DNA of 64,000 bases from Ignavibacteriota bacterium (GTDB lineage Bacteria; Bacteroidota; Ignavibacteria; UBA10030; CAVZMI01): positions 224,001 to 288,000 of the forward strand of contig CAVZMI010000020.1 in assembly GCA_963776275.1 (NCBI GenBank), in the 5' to 3' direction. The position numbers were made by a program, and so were the translations under genes. The notes under the pieces were generated by a model. The model searched no databases. It saw only the letters and a program-made list of their open reading frames with translations, and was not told the origin of the DNA. Shown in pieces: positions 19,628 through 30,498 of this stretch. The stretch's first letter is position 1. Every line of letters begins with the position of its first letter.

Positions 19628-20994
19628 ATGGAACCCCGAAAAATCTTACTCGAAGAAAAGGAGATGCCCACCTCTTATTACAACATTCAGGCTGATCTTC
19701 CCCATCCGCTTGATCCCCCACTCCATCCGGGGACCGGAAAACCGATCGGACCGTACTCAACCTTGCGGCAATATTTCCGATGGAATTAATAAAGCAGGAA
19801 GTCAGCCAGGAACGGTTTATCGAAATTCCTGAAGAAGTCCAGCGTGCATATCTTCTCTACCGTCCTACACCGCTTATTCGTGCATTCGATCTTGAAAAAG
19901 CATTAGACACCCCGGCGAAAATCTATTATAAGTACGAAGGGGTGAGTCCTGCCGGAAGTCACAAACCAAATACCGCTATACCGCAGGCATTCTACAACAA
20001 GAAGGAAGGTATAAAGCGATTAACGACTGAAACCGGAGCCGGGCAATGGGGAAGCGCGCTCAGCTTCGCATGCAACATGTTCAAACTGGAATGCAAGGTG
20101 TACATGGTCCGTGTGAGCTATGAACAAAAGCCGTATCGACGTTCGATGATTCGTGCATGGGGAAGTCAGGTCGTGCCAAGTCCAAGCCGTGATACCAAAG
20201 CCGGCCGCGCAATTCTTAAAAAGAATCCTAAATCACCGGGAAGTCTTGGAATTGCGATCAGCGAAGCGGTTGAAGATGCGGCGGGCCGTTCAGACACAAA
20301 CTACTCGCTCGGTAGCGTGTTGAACCATGTGCTGCTTCACCAGACTGTCGTAGGTCAGGAGGCAATGAAACAGCTCGAAAAAGCGGGTCTTTATCCTGAT
20401 ATCGTTATCGGCTGTGTAGGGGGCGGATCGAATTTTGGCGGGATTGTATTACCATTTATTCGCGATCAAATTCATGGAAAGAAAGTCCGGGCAATAGCGG
20501 TTGAACCTGCATCATGTCCAACACTCACCAGAGGAGAATTTCGCTACGATTTCGGCGATGTGGCAAAGATGACACCGCTTCTCGCAATGTACACACTCGG
20601 GCACAATTTTATTCCTGAATCAATTCACGCCGGCGGACTCCGTTATCATGGAATGTCGCCCATCATCAGCCGGCTGTGCAAAGATGGATTGATTGAAGCA
20701 CGAGCATACATGCAAAATGAAATTTTTGAAGCTGCAGTGTTATTTGCTCGAACCGAAGGCATCATCCCGGCTCCTGAATCAGCACATGCAATCCTCGCAG
20801 TGATCGATGAGGCAAAGCAGGCAAAAAAGGAAGGGACAAAAAAGGTCATTCTATTTAATTTAAGCGGACATGGTCACTTTGATATGTCTGCCTACGATGC
20901 ATACCTGGGCGGAAAACTTATCAATCATGAACTCAAGAAGTCAACCATCCAGAAGGCACTGAAGGAGATCGAAACATATCCGGTGCCGGCATAA
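19628..20994 (+). CDS. trpB2: TrpB2-type tryptophan synthase beta chain, frameshift near 19755
   Basis: N-terminus [25 protein letters not shown] in one frame; [45 protein letters not shown] in the next. Confidence 0.93.
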
Positions 20995-21020
20995 GGTTCA
21001 GTATATCCAGTAATTGTCTG

Positions 21021-21054
21021 AAAAAGGCTCCGATACTAATACCGGAGCCTTTTT
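21021..21054. terminator. Intrinsic terminator (bidirectional-looking) between trpB2 and atpG
   Basis: AAAAAGGCTCCG-loop-CGGAGCCTTTTT. Confidence 0.85.
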
Positions 21055-21187
21055 ATATGTATACAATGTACCGTCTTGAAATAAGTTTACAGAAAGAGAG
21101 AAAAATGGATCTTAATGCTCTTGCACAAATACCCTCAAAATATTAAGGGGAATCGCTCAATATCCTAAGCTTTTCCCCTTGACCTTA

Positions 21188-21246
21188 ACCCCTCGACTCT
21201 CTCACTCCGTTCGCTCGTTCCACGAAGTGGTACTTTAGTGCGGGGT
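21188..21246. repeat. REP-like nested palindromic element just downstream of atpG
   Basis: CCCCTCGACT...CGCTCG...CGGGGT shares the CCTCGA core with the elements at 54160-54530. Confidence 0.4.
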
Positions 21247-21258
21247 AAACCCTTGCCT

Positions 21259-22161
21259 TTACCCTGCTTTTCTCAACGCCTCAGCGCCGCTTACAATTTC
21301 AAGCAGCTCTTTCGTAATCGCCGCCTGACGCGCTTTATTATACGAAAGTTGGAGATCGCTGATAATTTCAGACGCATTCGTCGTGGCATTATCCATGGCC
21401 GTCATACGGGCTCCCTGTTCTGCGGCATTGGATTCCAGTAAAACTCGCCAGATCTCGAAGTTCAAATGTTTTGGTAATAACGCGTTGATAATTGCAGGTG
21501 CGGAGGGTTCATAAATATAATCTACATGATACGAGTATTCCGCAGATTGGCCGCTTTGTGCGTTAAGTTGTGACGCGGGGATTGGAAGAAACTCTTCAAT
21601 AATTATTTTTTGCTGGATAACCGATTTAAACTCATTATAAATAATTTCGATTCTGTCAAACTTTCCGTTGAGGTATCCTTCAATAAGGTCGTGTGCAATT
21701 TCCTGGGCATGTGAAAAATTAAGCACATTGAAGAACATTTTTTTTCCCCCGACAATAGCGTATCCGTGTTTCGAGAAAAAATCGAATCCACGTCGTCCAA
21801 TACAATAGAGCTTCACCGCACCGGCTGCATTCAAATCTTTATATGTTTGTTCAATGTGATGGATGGCTGTCTTGGCGATATTCGAATTAAACGCGCCGCA
21901 TAATCCTCGATCAGCGGTGACAATAACAATGGCAACATTGTTTACTTCGCGGTGTTGAAGCAAAGGATTGACACTCACATCTGTTGTTTCGATAAGGTCT
22001 TGCAGCATCTGGCGCATCTTTCGCGCATAGGGCCGAGCCGACACAATACTTTCCTGCGCACGTCGAAGTCTCGCCGCGGCAACCATCTTCATTGCCTTCG
22101 TAATCTTCTGTGTACTTTTGACGCCGCTGATCCGGCTGCGTATATCACGAAGAGTCGCCAT
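21259..22161 (-). CDS. atpG: ATP synthase F1 gamma
   Basis: KITKAMKMVAAA, DRGLCGAFN, ARMTAMDNAT, RQAAITKEL. Confidence 0.98.
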   Translation of the reverse strand: MATLRDIRSRISGVKSTQKITKAMKMVAAARLRRAQESIVSARPYARKMRQMLQDLIETTDVSVNPLLQHREVNNVAIVIVTADRGLCGAFNSNIAKTAIHHIEQTYKDLNAAGAVKLYCIGRRGFDFFSKHGYAIVGGKKMFFNVLNFSHAQEIAHDLIEGYLNGKFDRIEIIYNEFKSVIQQKIIIEEFLPIPASQLNAQSGQSAEYSYHVDYIYEPSAPAIINALLPKHLNFEIWRVLLESNAAEQGARMTAMDNATTNASEIISDLQLSYNKARQAAITKELLEIVSGAEALRKAG

Positions 22162-22172
22162 GAATTCGCTTC

Positions 22173-23729
22173 TTACTTATTCAATTTTTCTTTGAATGAT
22201 GCCGTAAATTCTTTTAAGACTTCCGTCAATGCTTTTGTCAATTCGTCTGTGAGCTCTTTTTTTGTCGCGATGTCATCGAGCAGTGCACGATGGTCTAAAT
22301 TCATCACTTCTAGAAATTCACGTTCGAATAGCTGGACTTCTTCAAGTGGAATTTCGTCGAGGAAACCGTTTGTCCCGGCAAAAATACTGACTACTTGGTT
22401 CTCAACCGTCATGGGTTCGTACTGTCCCTGTTTCAGAAGCTCGACAAGTCGCGATCCACGGCGCAATTGTTGCTGTGTAGATTTATCGAGATCCGAGCCA
22501 AATTTTACAAAGGCCTCAAGATCGCGGTATTGCGCAAGATCGATACGTAAACGACCGGCTACTTTCTTCATCGCCTTGATTTGCGCATTTCCACCCACGC
22601 GTGAAACAGAGATACCGACATCAATCGCCGGACGAACACCCGAGTTGAAAAGGTTCGATAAGAGATAGATCTGTCCGTCCGTAATCGAAATCACATTCGT
22701 CGGAATATAAGCCGAAACATCACCGGCCTGTGTTTCGATGACCGGCAGTGCCGTCAGACTCCCGCCTCCCAGTTCTTCATTGAGTTTGGAAGCGCGTTCA
22801 AGCAAACGTGAATGTAGATAGAAGATATCGCCTGGATACGCTTCGCGTCCCGGCGGACGCCTTAAGAGCAATGATACCTGACGGTAGGAAACCGCATGCT
22901 TCGAAAGATCGTCGTAGACTACCAGTGCATGCCGACCCGAATCCCGGAAAAATTCACCGAGTGTCACACCTGCATAGGGCGCTATGAATTGCATCGGTGC
23001 AGGATCACTCGCATTGGCGGCAATAACCGTGGTAAAGTCCATTGCTCCTTCCTCTTCGAACTTGCTTACTACCTGTGCAACCGTCGATCCTTTTTGCCCG
23101 ATCGCAATATAGATGCAATAGACAGGTTTGATTCCTTCTTTTTTTGCCTTTTCTGTATGGGTATGTTTCTGGTTGATGATCGTGTCGATTGCGATCGCTG
23201 TTTTTCCAGTCTGGCGGTCACCGATGATCAATTCACGCTGTCCCCGGCCGATCGGAATCATTCCATCGATCGCTTTGATACCCGTCTGGAGAGGTTCTTT
23301 AACCGGTTGGCGTTGAATTACACCAAGTGCTTTTCGCTCAATTGGTAAAAACTTCTCGGTCGTGATGGACCCTTTGCCGTCAAGCGGTTGACCGAGTGGA
23401 TTTATGACGCGTCCGAGCATCTGTTCACCGACAGGCATTGAAGCAAGCCGTCCGGTCCGCTTCACCGTATCGCCTTCCCGTATCAATGTTTCATCGCCAA
23501 AAAGAATACAGCCGACATTATCTTCTTCGAGGTTCAGCACCATACCGAATACGCTGTTTGGGAATTCGACAAGTTCACTTGCCATTACCTTCGATAATCC
23601 ATAAATACGTGAAATACCATCACCGACCTGGAGCACGGTACCGACATCGTACATATCGATTTCTTTTTCAAAACCGGCGAGCTGTTTTCGTATTATCGCC
23701 GATACTTCCTCTGGTCTGATTTCTGCCAT
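22173..23729 (-). CDS. atpA: ATP synthase F1 alpha
   Basis: [31 protein letters not shown]. Confidence 0.99.
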   Translation of the reverse strand: MAEIRPEEVSAIIRKQLAGFEKEIDMYDVGTVLQVGDGISRIYGLSKVMASELVEFPNSVFGMVLNLEEDNVGCILFGDETLIREGDTVKRTGRLASMPVGEQMLGRVINPLGQPLDGKGSITTEKFLPIERKALGVIQRQPVKEPLQTGIKAIDGMIPIGRGQRELIIGDRQTGKTAIAIDTIINQKHTHTEKAKKEGIKPVYCIYIAIGQKGSTVAQVVSKFEEEGAMDFTTVIAANASDPAPMQFIAPYAGVTLGEFFRDSGRHALVVYDDLSKHAVSYRQVSLLLRRPPGREAYPGDIFYLHSRLLERASKLNEELGGGSLTALPVIETQAGDVSAYIPTNVISITDGQIYLLSNLFNSGVRPAIDVGISVSRVGGNAQIKAMKKVAGRLRIDLAQYRDLEAFVKFGSDLDKSTQQQLRRGSRLVELLKQGQYEPMTVENQVVSIFAGTNGFLDEIPLEEVQLFEREFLEVMNLDHRALLDDIATKKELTDELTKALTEVLKEFTASFKEKLNK

Positions 23730-23740
23730 AATCTATCCTT

Positions 23741-24295
23741 TTAATTGCGCTCAGGTGTCCCCAGGACAAAACGCTCGCGGAGTCGTTCAAATTGTCGGCG
23801 TATACTTCCATCGAACACTGTGTCTCCTGCCCGTGCGATGAATCCTCCCTGGATACTTTTATCTATGCTGAACTTCATATGCACTTTTTTCCCTGAATAC
23901 TCTTCCAGTCTCACGACAAGTACCTTTTCCTGCGTTCCGGAAAATGGCACTGCGGTTTTCACATCGACGCTCATAATACCGAGCATCTCATTGTATAAAA
24001 AATAGAACTGAGTGATGATACCTGGAAGAACATTCTCGCGTCCTTTTTCGATCAACATATTGAGAAATGTAAATGTCATCGGATGAAGTTGCCTTGCGAA
24101 CAATTCGGCCGCAACTTTCCTTTTTTTCTCAATCGAAATAATCGGACTCGAGAGAAAGAGCCGAAACTCTTTTGTGTCTTGAAGAGTTGTTTCCAGGATT
24201 TGTATATCCCGTGTCACTTCTTCCAGCACATTCATTTCCTGTGCATTTTTAATCAATGCCGTCGCATAGCGTTTAGCAACTCTCATATCGCTCAT
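23741..24295 (-). CDS. atpH: ATP synthase delta
   Basis: VAKRYATAL, IDKSIQGG, DGSIR; operon position. Confidence 0.95.
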   Translation of the reverse strand: MSDMRVAKRYATALIKNAQEMNVLEEVTRDIQILETTLQDTKEFRLFLSSPIISIEKKRKVAAELFARQLHPMTFTFLNMLIEKGRENVLPGIITQFYFLYNEMLGIMSVDVKTAVPFSGTQEKVLVVRLEEYSGKKVHMKFSIDKSIQGGFIARAGDTVFDGSIRRQFERLRERFVLGTPERN

Positions 24296-24307
24296 AGATC
24301 GTGTACC

Positions 24308-24793
24308 TTAATTCTTAGGGAGTTTTGCAAGCGCTTCGTCGATGATTTTTTTATGTTTTTTCTCATCGAGTGTTTCATTGAGAATTTTACTCGCGGTCGA
24401 AATAGCAAGATCGGCAACCTCCCCACGGAGCTGGGCGAGGGCACTTTCTTTCAACCGAAGAATTTCTTCCGCGGCTTCCTTGAGGTGTTTTTCCGCCCTT
24501 TGTCGTGCTTCCTGTTCAATTTCAATGCGCCTGCGTTCGGCATTCGTTTCGGCTTCTTTCATAATACGCCTTACTTCATCTGCAGCCCCGGCCATTTGCC
24601 GTTTGTTCTCTTCAAGAAGACGTTCAGCTTCTACCTTTGCCTGTTCAGATTTTTCAAGCGACGAGCGGACAGATTCCTCCCGTGCATGGAGCGCTTCAAG
24701 AAGCGATTTCCACGCAAACTTTCGTAAGAGGAACACTAAAAAAATAAACGTGATGATTGTCCAGAGAATCAGCCCTGGATTAATCTGTAACAT
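24308..24793 (-). CDS. atpF: ATP synthase F0 subunit b
   Basis: N-terminal TM (PGLILWTIITF..LRKFAWK) and coiled coil. Confidence 0.95.
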   Translation of the reverse strand: MLQINPGLILWTIITFIFLVFLLRKFAWKSLLEALHAREESVRSSLEKSEQAKVEAERLLEENKRQMAGAADEVRRIMKEAETNAERRRIEIEQEARQRAEKHLKEAAEEILRLKESALAQLRGEVADLAISTASKILNETLDEKKHKKIIDEALAKLPKN

Positions 24794-24834
24794 TGGATCA
24801 TCCCTTTCGTCACTTCAGACGATGTGTGATTACC

Positions 24835-25062
24835 CTATTTAGTAGCAAGAATAATGCAAATGACAAGCGCAAAGAAGGTTACTCCTTCAATCAACGATGC
24901 AGCGATTATCATCGAAAAACGAACTTGACCGGCAACTTCGGGTTGACGGCCGCTTGCTTCCATTGTGGCAGCGGCAAGTTTTGAGATTCCGTAAGCCGCA
25001 CCGATCACCGTTAATGCGGCACTGATACCTGCAGTGACATAACCGTAAACTAAATTTTCCAT
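24835..25062 (-). CDS. atpE: ATP synthase F0 subunit c
   Basis: RQPE loop; LIEG carboxylate without the Na+-type ES/T motif. Confidence 0.96.
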   Translation of the reverse strand: MENLVYGYVTAGISAALTVIGAAYGISKLAAATMEASGRQPEVAGQVRFSMIIAASLIEGVTFFALVICIILATK

Positions 25063-25108
25063 GTGTATTCCTCCATCGTGAAATACGGCAAATGATTTTA
25101 TGAATGAA

Positions 25109-26050
25109 TTATTGATATGAATGTTCTTCCTCGTGCCCTCCCTGTATTCCGATCCCCATGAACAGGGCTGTCAGAATTGTAAAAATAAATGCCTGAAGAA
25201 GTGCAACAAGAAATTCAAGCAAATTGATGCCGAGCATAAACAGCACTGATGCCGGGGCAATTGCAAATGATCGAAACATGAAAATTAATCCCGCCAGCGA
25301 CACCAGTACAAGATGACCCGCTGTCATATTAGCAAAAAGACGGATACATAAGGCAAATGGTTTAGTGAATAAACCGATGATCTCAATCGGGATCAGAATT
25401 GGCCACAATGCCCAGTGGACGCCTCCTGTAAGATGAGCAAGATAATTCCCGAAACCCTGCTTTCTGATCGCAGCAACCTGTATCATACAAAATGCCACAA
25501 TTGCAAGTCCTGCCGTGATGTTGATATTGGCCGTGGAGCTGACCCCATAAGGAATTAGTCCCAGTAAATTCATCGTCAGAATAAAGAAAAATGTCGTCAG
25601 TAAATATGAAATATACTTCATCCCTTCCTGACCCATATTCGGCATCACGATTTCTTCCCGAATGAAGACGATGATGATTTCGATCAAATTTCCGATTCCC
25701 GTAGGGACTCTCCGATTTCTATTCTGCCGGGCCGCGGTTACTGCGATTGCGATCAAAACGAGCGCAGCAATCCACATATAAAAAACATGCTTTGTGATCG
25801 AGAGATCAATCGTTAATCCGAAAATATGAACCGGCGGGAACTGTGGAAATGAAAAATGAGCAAAAGGCTGAAATTCTACATCCCGGGAATCGAGAAGGTG
25901 ATGCAGGAGCTGTGCGAAAACATTTCCTTCGCTTCCTCCATGTTCGGCAGCTGCTCCTGCATGCCGGAGCGTATCGACCGCCACGGAATCGCGTATCGCG
26001 TGGGCTATGGGTTGCTGATATAATGAATCGAGAAGTGTGATGAACATCAT
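25109..26050 (-). CDS. atpB: ATP synthase F0 subunit a
   Basis: NLLGLIP, IRLFANMTAGH, LQAFIFTIL. Confidence 0.97.
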   Translation of the reverse strand: MMFITLLDSLYQQPIAHAIRDSVAVDTLRHAGAAAEHGGSEGNVFAQLLHHLLDSRDVEFQPFAHFSFPQFPPVHIFGLTIDLSITKHVFYMWIAALVLIAIAVTAARQNRNRRVPTGIGNLIEIIIVFIREEIVMPNMGQEGMKYISYLLTTFFFILTMNLLGLIPYGVSSTANINITAGLAIVAFCMIQVAAIRKQGFGNYLAHLTGGVHWALWPILIPIEIIGLFTKPFALCIRLFANMTAGHLVLVSLAGLIFMFRSFAIAPASVLFMLGINLLEFLVALLQAFIFTILTALFMGIGIQGGHEEEHSYQ

Positions 26051-26054
26051 CGAC

Positions 26055-26465
26055 TTATATATTTTTCGTACGGACTCGCAAGTGGATAAATATAACTTCC
26101 AGAATTAAATACAAGCCATAGAACGACAACAGCGATGCTGACAGCGGAATAATCGGAAGCCGGAATACCTTGATACAGATGAAAAAACCTCCGAGCAGTA
26201 CCGCCATTCGAATTACCATTCCCCCTAGAACGACCTTAAAAAACGTTGTATATGATTTACCGATGGAATATTCGATTGCCGCATATCCGAGAAGAACGTT
26301 TGCTGTACTCATCAATGTACCGGTGATAAGAGCAATGTTCGTTTCTCTTGATGTGTGCACTGCCATTGGGTATACACCACCGATGGCTGCAAGAACCAGT
26401 ATAGCGATTACTTGTTTGGGAAGCGAGGTCAGGAATCTTTTATATTGTGATTCCCTGTTTTCCAT
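26055..26465 (-). CDS. AtpI-like membrane protein
   Basis: Four hydrophobic segments directly upstream of atpB. Confidence 0.7.
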   Translation of the reverse strand: MENRESQYKRFLTSLPKQVIAILVLAAIGGVYPMAVHTSRETNIALITGTLMSTANVLLGYAAIEYSIGKSYTTFFKVVLGGMVIRMAVLLGGFFICIKVFRLPIIPLSASLLSFYGLYLILEVIFIHLRVRTKNI

Positions 26466-26722
26466 CGTTCATCCTCTCTTTTCCCAAGTTGAATGACTGT
26501 AATAAAAAATTTATATAAGGCACCCGCGATCCCAATCAGCGTCATCACGATCATACACCATGGCGCAGTACGGAATTTTCCGTCCAGCCAGCGACCGGCA
26601 AAGAAAAAAATGGTTACCGTTGCGGCAAGCTGAAAACCAATCGTAAGGTACGGGGCAAGCTGTTGAAGCACAGATTGTTTCGATTCTTTCCCCGAAGACG
26701 GGTCCTTATCGCACTGTGCCAT
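26429..26722 (-). CDS. AtpZ/AtpI family protein
   Basis: IGFQLA..GRWLDGKFRTAPW..G pattern; alternative GTG start at 26749. Confidence 0.85.
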   Translation of the reverse strand: MAQCDKDPSSGKESKQSVLQQLAPYLTIGFQLAATVTIFFFAGRWLDGKFRTAPWCMIVMTLIGIAGALYKFFITVIQLGKREDERWKTGNHNIKDS

Positions 26723-26745
26723 TGGTTTTTTCGTGGAGTGTGAAA

Positions 26746-27099
26746 TCACCCTTGCTGCCGTTGATCAGTCATGCGACAGTTGCCGTCAAATGATGCCCCC
26801 TCATCGACAATAAGCTTTGCTGCACGCACATCTCCCTTAATCGAGGCTTTTCCTTCAAAAACCAACTTCTCTCCTGCGTGAATATTGCCACGAACCTTGC
26901 CGCCCACCGTAATATTCCGGGCTGTGATGTTGCCTTCAACATCGCCGGTGATACCAATCGCAATGTTTTCGCTCACCGCAACCTCGCCGACGAGTTTTCC
27001 GTCGATTCGCATGCTTCCCTGGCTGCGGATTTTTCCTTCGATTGTCGTCCCAACCCCGATGAGGTTGAGATCCTTCACGCTGATTACTTTTTCAGCCAC
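26746..27099 (-). CDS. Bactofilin (polymer-forming cytoskeletal protein, CcmA family)
   Basis: LIGVGTTIEGKI, RIDGKLVG, VEGNITA, GASFDGNCRM beta-helix repeats. Confidence 0.92.
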   Translation of the reverse strand: MAEKVISVKDLNLIGVGTTIEGKIRSQGSMRIDGKLVGEVAVSENIAIGITGDVEGNITARNITVGGKVRGNIHAGEKLVFEGKASIKGDVRAAKLIVDEGASFDGNCRMTDQRQQG

Positions 27100-27120
27100 G
27101 GGCTTTCCTCCTTTTCAGAG

Positions 27121-28010
27121 TCAGAGATGGGCGTTAACAATATATTCAGCTGGATTACGCGGCATACCATTAAACCATACCTCAAAATGCAGATGAGGGC
27201 CAGTTGGCTTGTTATGCCGGAATTTCCCAATAATGCAATCGGTTCGCCGCGTTTGACCATGGTATTGCTTACAGTCAGTAATGCTTGATTATGTTTATAG
27301 AATGTCACAAAGCCATTATTATGAGCAATGATAACCATGTTACCATCGTCGACTGTCCACCCGGCAAAAATCACATGACCATCTGCCGCGGCATAGACTG
27401 CCGTGCCCACTTTCCCTGCTATATCAATACCAAAATGCCTTTTCGCTGAATCATACCCCCGCGTAATGAAACCCTGCGTGGGAAAACTCAGGGGAAGGCT
27501 CACCTCGCTATTTTGAATTTCAAGCGTCGTTCCCCGTCTAAATGACGAAAGCGTTCTCAGCGTTTCCGATTGCTGAATCGATGTCACTGGAAGACGTTCA
27601 TCTTCTATTGTAATCCCACCATATTGATTTTCTGTAGTGGGATTCTTATTTGCCGCTGTACTATCCTGTATTGTTTCATCGCCGAGGACTTTCCGGAGCT
27701 TGAAATTATATCCCTGTAAAATGAGCACATCACTGGTCACCCGATCGAGCTTTTCCTGCAGCAAAACAATTTTCCGTCCGTACTTTTCTTCAAGCGCAGG
27801 ATTCGTCACCGGGAGCAGAAGTGCCAGAGGAGTATAATTCAACAGTGCAAATGTAATCGATCCGATAATAATGAAAAGAACACAAACGATGATTGCCAGA
27901 ACCAGCGGCCTGACGCGAAACGTAGCAGTTTTTCCTGCATCATCATCCGGAATAACGACTATGTTATATTTCCGCGATTTTCTCTTATGGTGAACACTCT
28001 CGGAAGGCAT
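27121..28010 (-). CDS. M23 family metallopeptidase, frameshift near 27200
   Basis: HFGIDIA, YKHNQ; GPHLHFEVW lies in a shifted frame ending at TGA 27121. Confidence 0.9.
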
Positions 28011-28177
28011 TCCATACCCTTTTCTGCTGTCCGCTGCAGTCCTTGCATCGTTGAATATATCGAACTTCGGGAAAATAGTCAATGAATTTCTCAATTCTCA
28101 ACAAAATTGAGAAATTTGAGGTTTGTTTTTTCAAAATATGACCCGAATGGCATCTTGACTTTTATGGTATTACTGTC

Positions 28178-29654
28178 TCAGAATTTTTCTCCTGTCAACC
28201 TTCGCCCCTGTTCATGCAGAAGTACCCATGCACGTTTTACATGAGTTTCTGTCGTCCGCAGATTTCCAATCGCCATCCTTATAGTATATTTCCCATTCAA
28301 TTTTGTATGCGAGAGAAAAACTTCACCGGTTGAATTCACAGCTGTTAGTAGTTTTTCATTAAGCTCGTTTAAATACTCTTCTCGGTTCATAACATTCTGT
28401 GGTATTATAGACGGGACATAACGGAAACACACGACACTGAATGGAGCCGGTGCCAGTAATTCAAAGTTCACATCTTCCTCCACCCATTTTTTAAAAATCT
28501 GCCCGAGTTCGATATGACCCTGTAACCGTTCGCGTAATCCTTCGGCACCAAAATACCGTATCACCATCCACAATTTGAGTGCCCTGAACCGCCGGCCGAG
28601 TTGAATTCCATAATCCATATAATTAATCACACGGTCTTCTTCCGTAGTACGAAGATACTCAGGAACCAGACTGAATGCACGACGCAGAATCTCGGGTTTA
28701 CGACAATATAATACACTGAGATCGATCGGGACAAAAAGCCACTTATGCGGATTCACAACAAGAGAATCGGCCCGATCAACCCCGGCGAGTGCCCATTCCA
28801 TTCCTGGAATCATTCCCGAGACCCCCGCATATGCACCATCCACATGAAGCCACAGATTGTACCGGGCTGCAACGTCGGCGATATACGGAATAGGATCGAC
28901 GCTGGTTGTCGATGTCGTGCCGACAGTTGCAACAATACAAAACGGTTTGCGCCCCGCGGCAATATCCTCTTGAATTGCTTTCTCCAGCAAATCAACCCGC
29001 ATTCTGAACTCGGCATCAACCGGAATTTTGCAGACTCCTTCCTGACCGATACCCAGCACAATTGCCCCTTTCTCAATCGATGAATGCGCCTGATCTGAAG
29101 TATAAAGTCGCAGCTGCGGAAGATCCGTTCGTCCGGCCATTCCTTTCTCTCGAATCTTGGCGTCTATTGCCTCACGAGCAGCGGCAATTGCGACAAGGCT
29201 TGATACCGAGGCCGTATCATTAATAATGCCGAATAGTCCTGAGGGAAGTTTTAGAAGCTGACGAAGCCAATCGAGTACGACGTATTCAAGCTCAGCCGCC
29301 GCAGCGTCCGGTCTTCCACAGCATTGCATTGGTGTTGAATGCAGCGCTGAGAAGTTCGCCGAGAATACCCGGTCCGCTTGCCGTGATGCCGAAGTATGCA
29401 AAGAACCCGGGGTGATTCCAGTGCGTGAGTCCGGGAGCGATTATCCTTGTCAGATCCTCGATCACAGCATCAATTGTCTCGGGTTTCTCCGGTGGAGTCG
29501 ATGGAAATGCTGATTGAATATCGCCCGGCTTGACCTGTGCAAGGACATTATATCGTTCGGGATGCGCAAGATAATCAGCTACCCAATCAACAAGCAAATG
29601 TCCATACCTCCGGAAAACTTCCGGATCCATATCGGTAGAGTGTGTCGGTATCAT
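28178..29654 (-). CDS. PLP-dependent aromatic L-amino acid decarboxylase, frameshift near 29310
   Basis: PGLTHWNHPGFFAYF, SDQAHSSIEK, GTTSTTSVD, WLHVDGAYAG, NPHKW, LGRRFRALKLW. Confidence 0.93.
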
Positions 29655-30481
29655 GGAATTAATGAACGCGTGATTTTCATCGACTGCGTCGTTGGTATGA
29701 CCATCGGTGTCTGACCCGTCGTTGCTATTGTCATTTCCATATCGACGTTTGACTCGGAAGCAACGACAATTCCTTGAGCCGGATTGAAGAAAATCATTCC
29801 ATCTGTTTTTCCCGTTCCTTCAATATGAAGATCCATTCCCATCATCGATCCTTTTCCTGCAATTGTAAACTTCCCAGTTGATGCTATTGTAAAACAATCG
29901 TATCCGTTTTTCATTTCTTTCCCGACAATTTTATATTCTTCCTTCGTATCAGTGATAAGTTTTCCGCCAAATTGCTTTTGTTCTACTGTATCAATCGTTG
30001 AGGCGTTCCACGTTGATCCTATGGTGACAGGATTTTCACCCAACAGCGGATAATGTCCTAGCTGGTTTTGCATCGATTCCCCCTCTTCGCCCTCCGTGAC
30101 ATTTAACGATGCAAAATTACTCACTCTTCCGTTTTTCGCAACATTCATGCGGAATTTTTTCCCGATTACATTAGTCGGAGTTTGAGTTGTATCCATCCCC
30201 GGCGCTTTCACCGACATTACGGCAGAATCAGTCGATGCAATCAACACCATCGAACCATCCGGATTCAGAGAATCACCCATTACGCGGACAACATTTATGC
30301 CTTGTATTTCGGTTTTTATTTCCCGTCCCATCATCTCCTGCGTCGATTTTGCCTCCAAAATATCTCGATAACGATAGGTTTTACCTTTTTCAAATTTGTA
30401 CTCAAGCTTAATACCCTGCGCATAGACCACCATCGACATGACAACACACATAATCAACATGATGTTCACTGCTTTTTTCAT
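29651..30481 (-). CDS. Secreted hypothetical protein (DUF6263-like)
   Basis: Signal peptide, LEYKFEKGKTYRY, PVTIGSTW, beta-rich. Confidence 0.7.
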   Translation of the reverse strand: MKKAVNIMLIMCVVMSMVVYAQGIKLEYKFEKGKTYRYRDILEAKSTQEMMGREIKTEIQGINVVRVMGDSLNPDGSMVLIASTDSAVMSVKAPGMDTTQTPTNVIGKKFRMNVAKNGRVSNFASLNVTEGEEGESMQNQLGHYPLLGENPVTIGSTWNASTIDTVEQKQFGGKLITDTKEEYKIVGKEMKNGYDCFTIASTGKFTIAGKGSMMGMDLHIEGTGKTDGMIFFNPAQGIVVASESNVDMEMTIATTGQTPMVIPTTQSMKITRSLIP

Positions 30482-30498
30482 ATATCCTCCTGAGAAAA

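Noticed and set aside
24835-25062. Na+-translocating ATP synthase
   Set aside because: Subunit c has LIEG and lacks the Gln and ES/T residues of the Na+-binding signature
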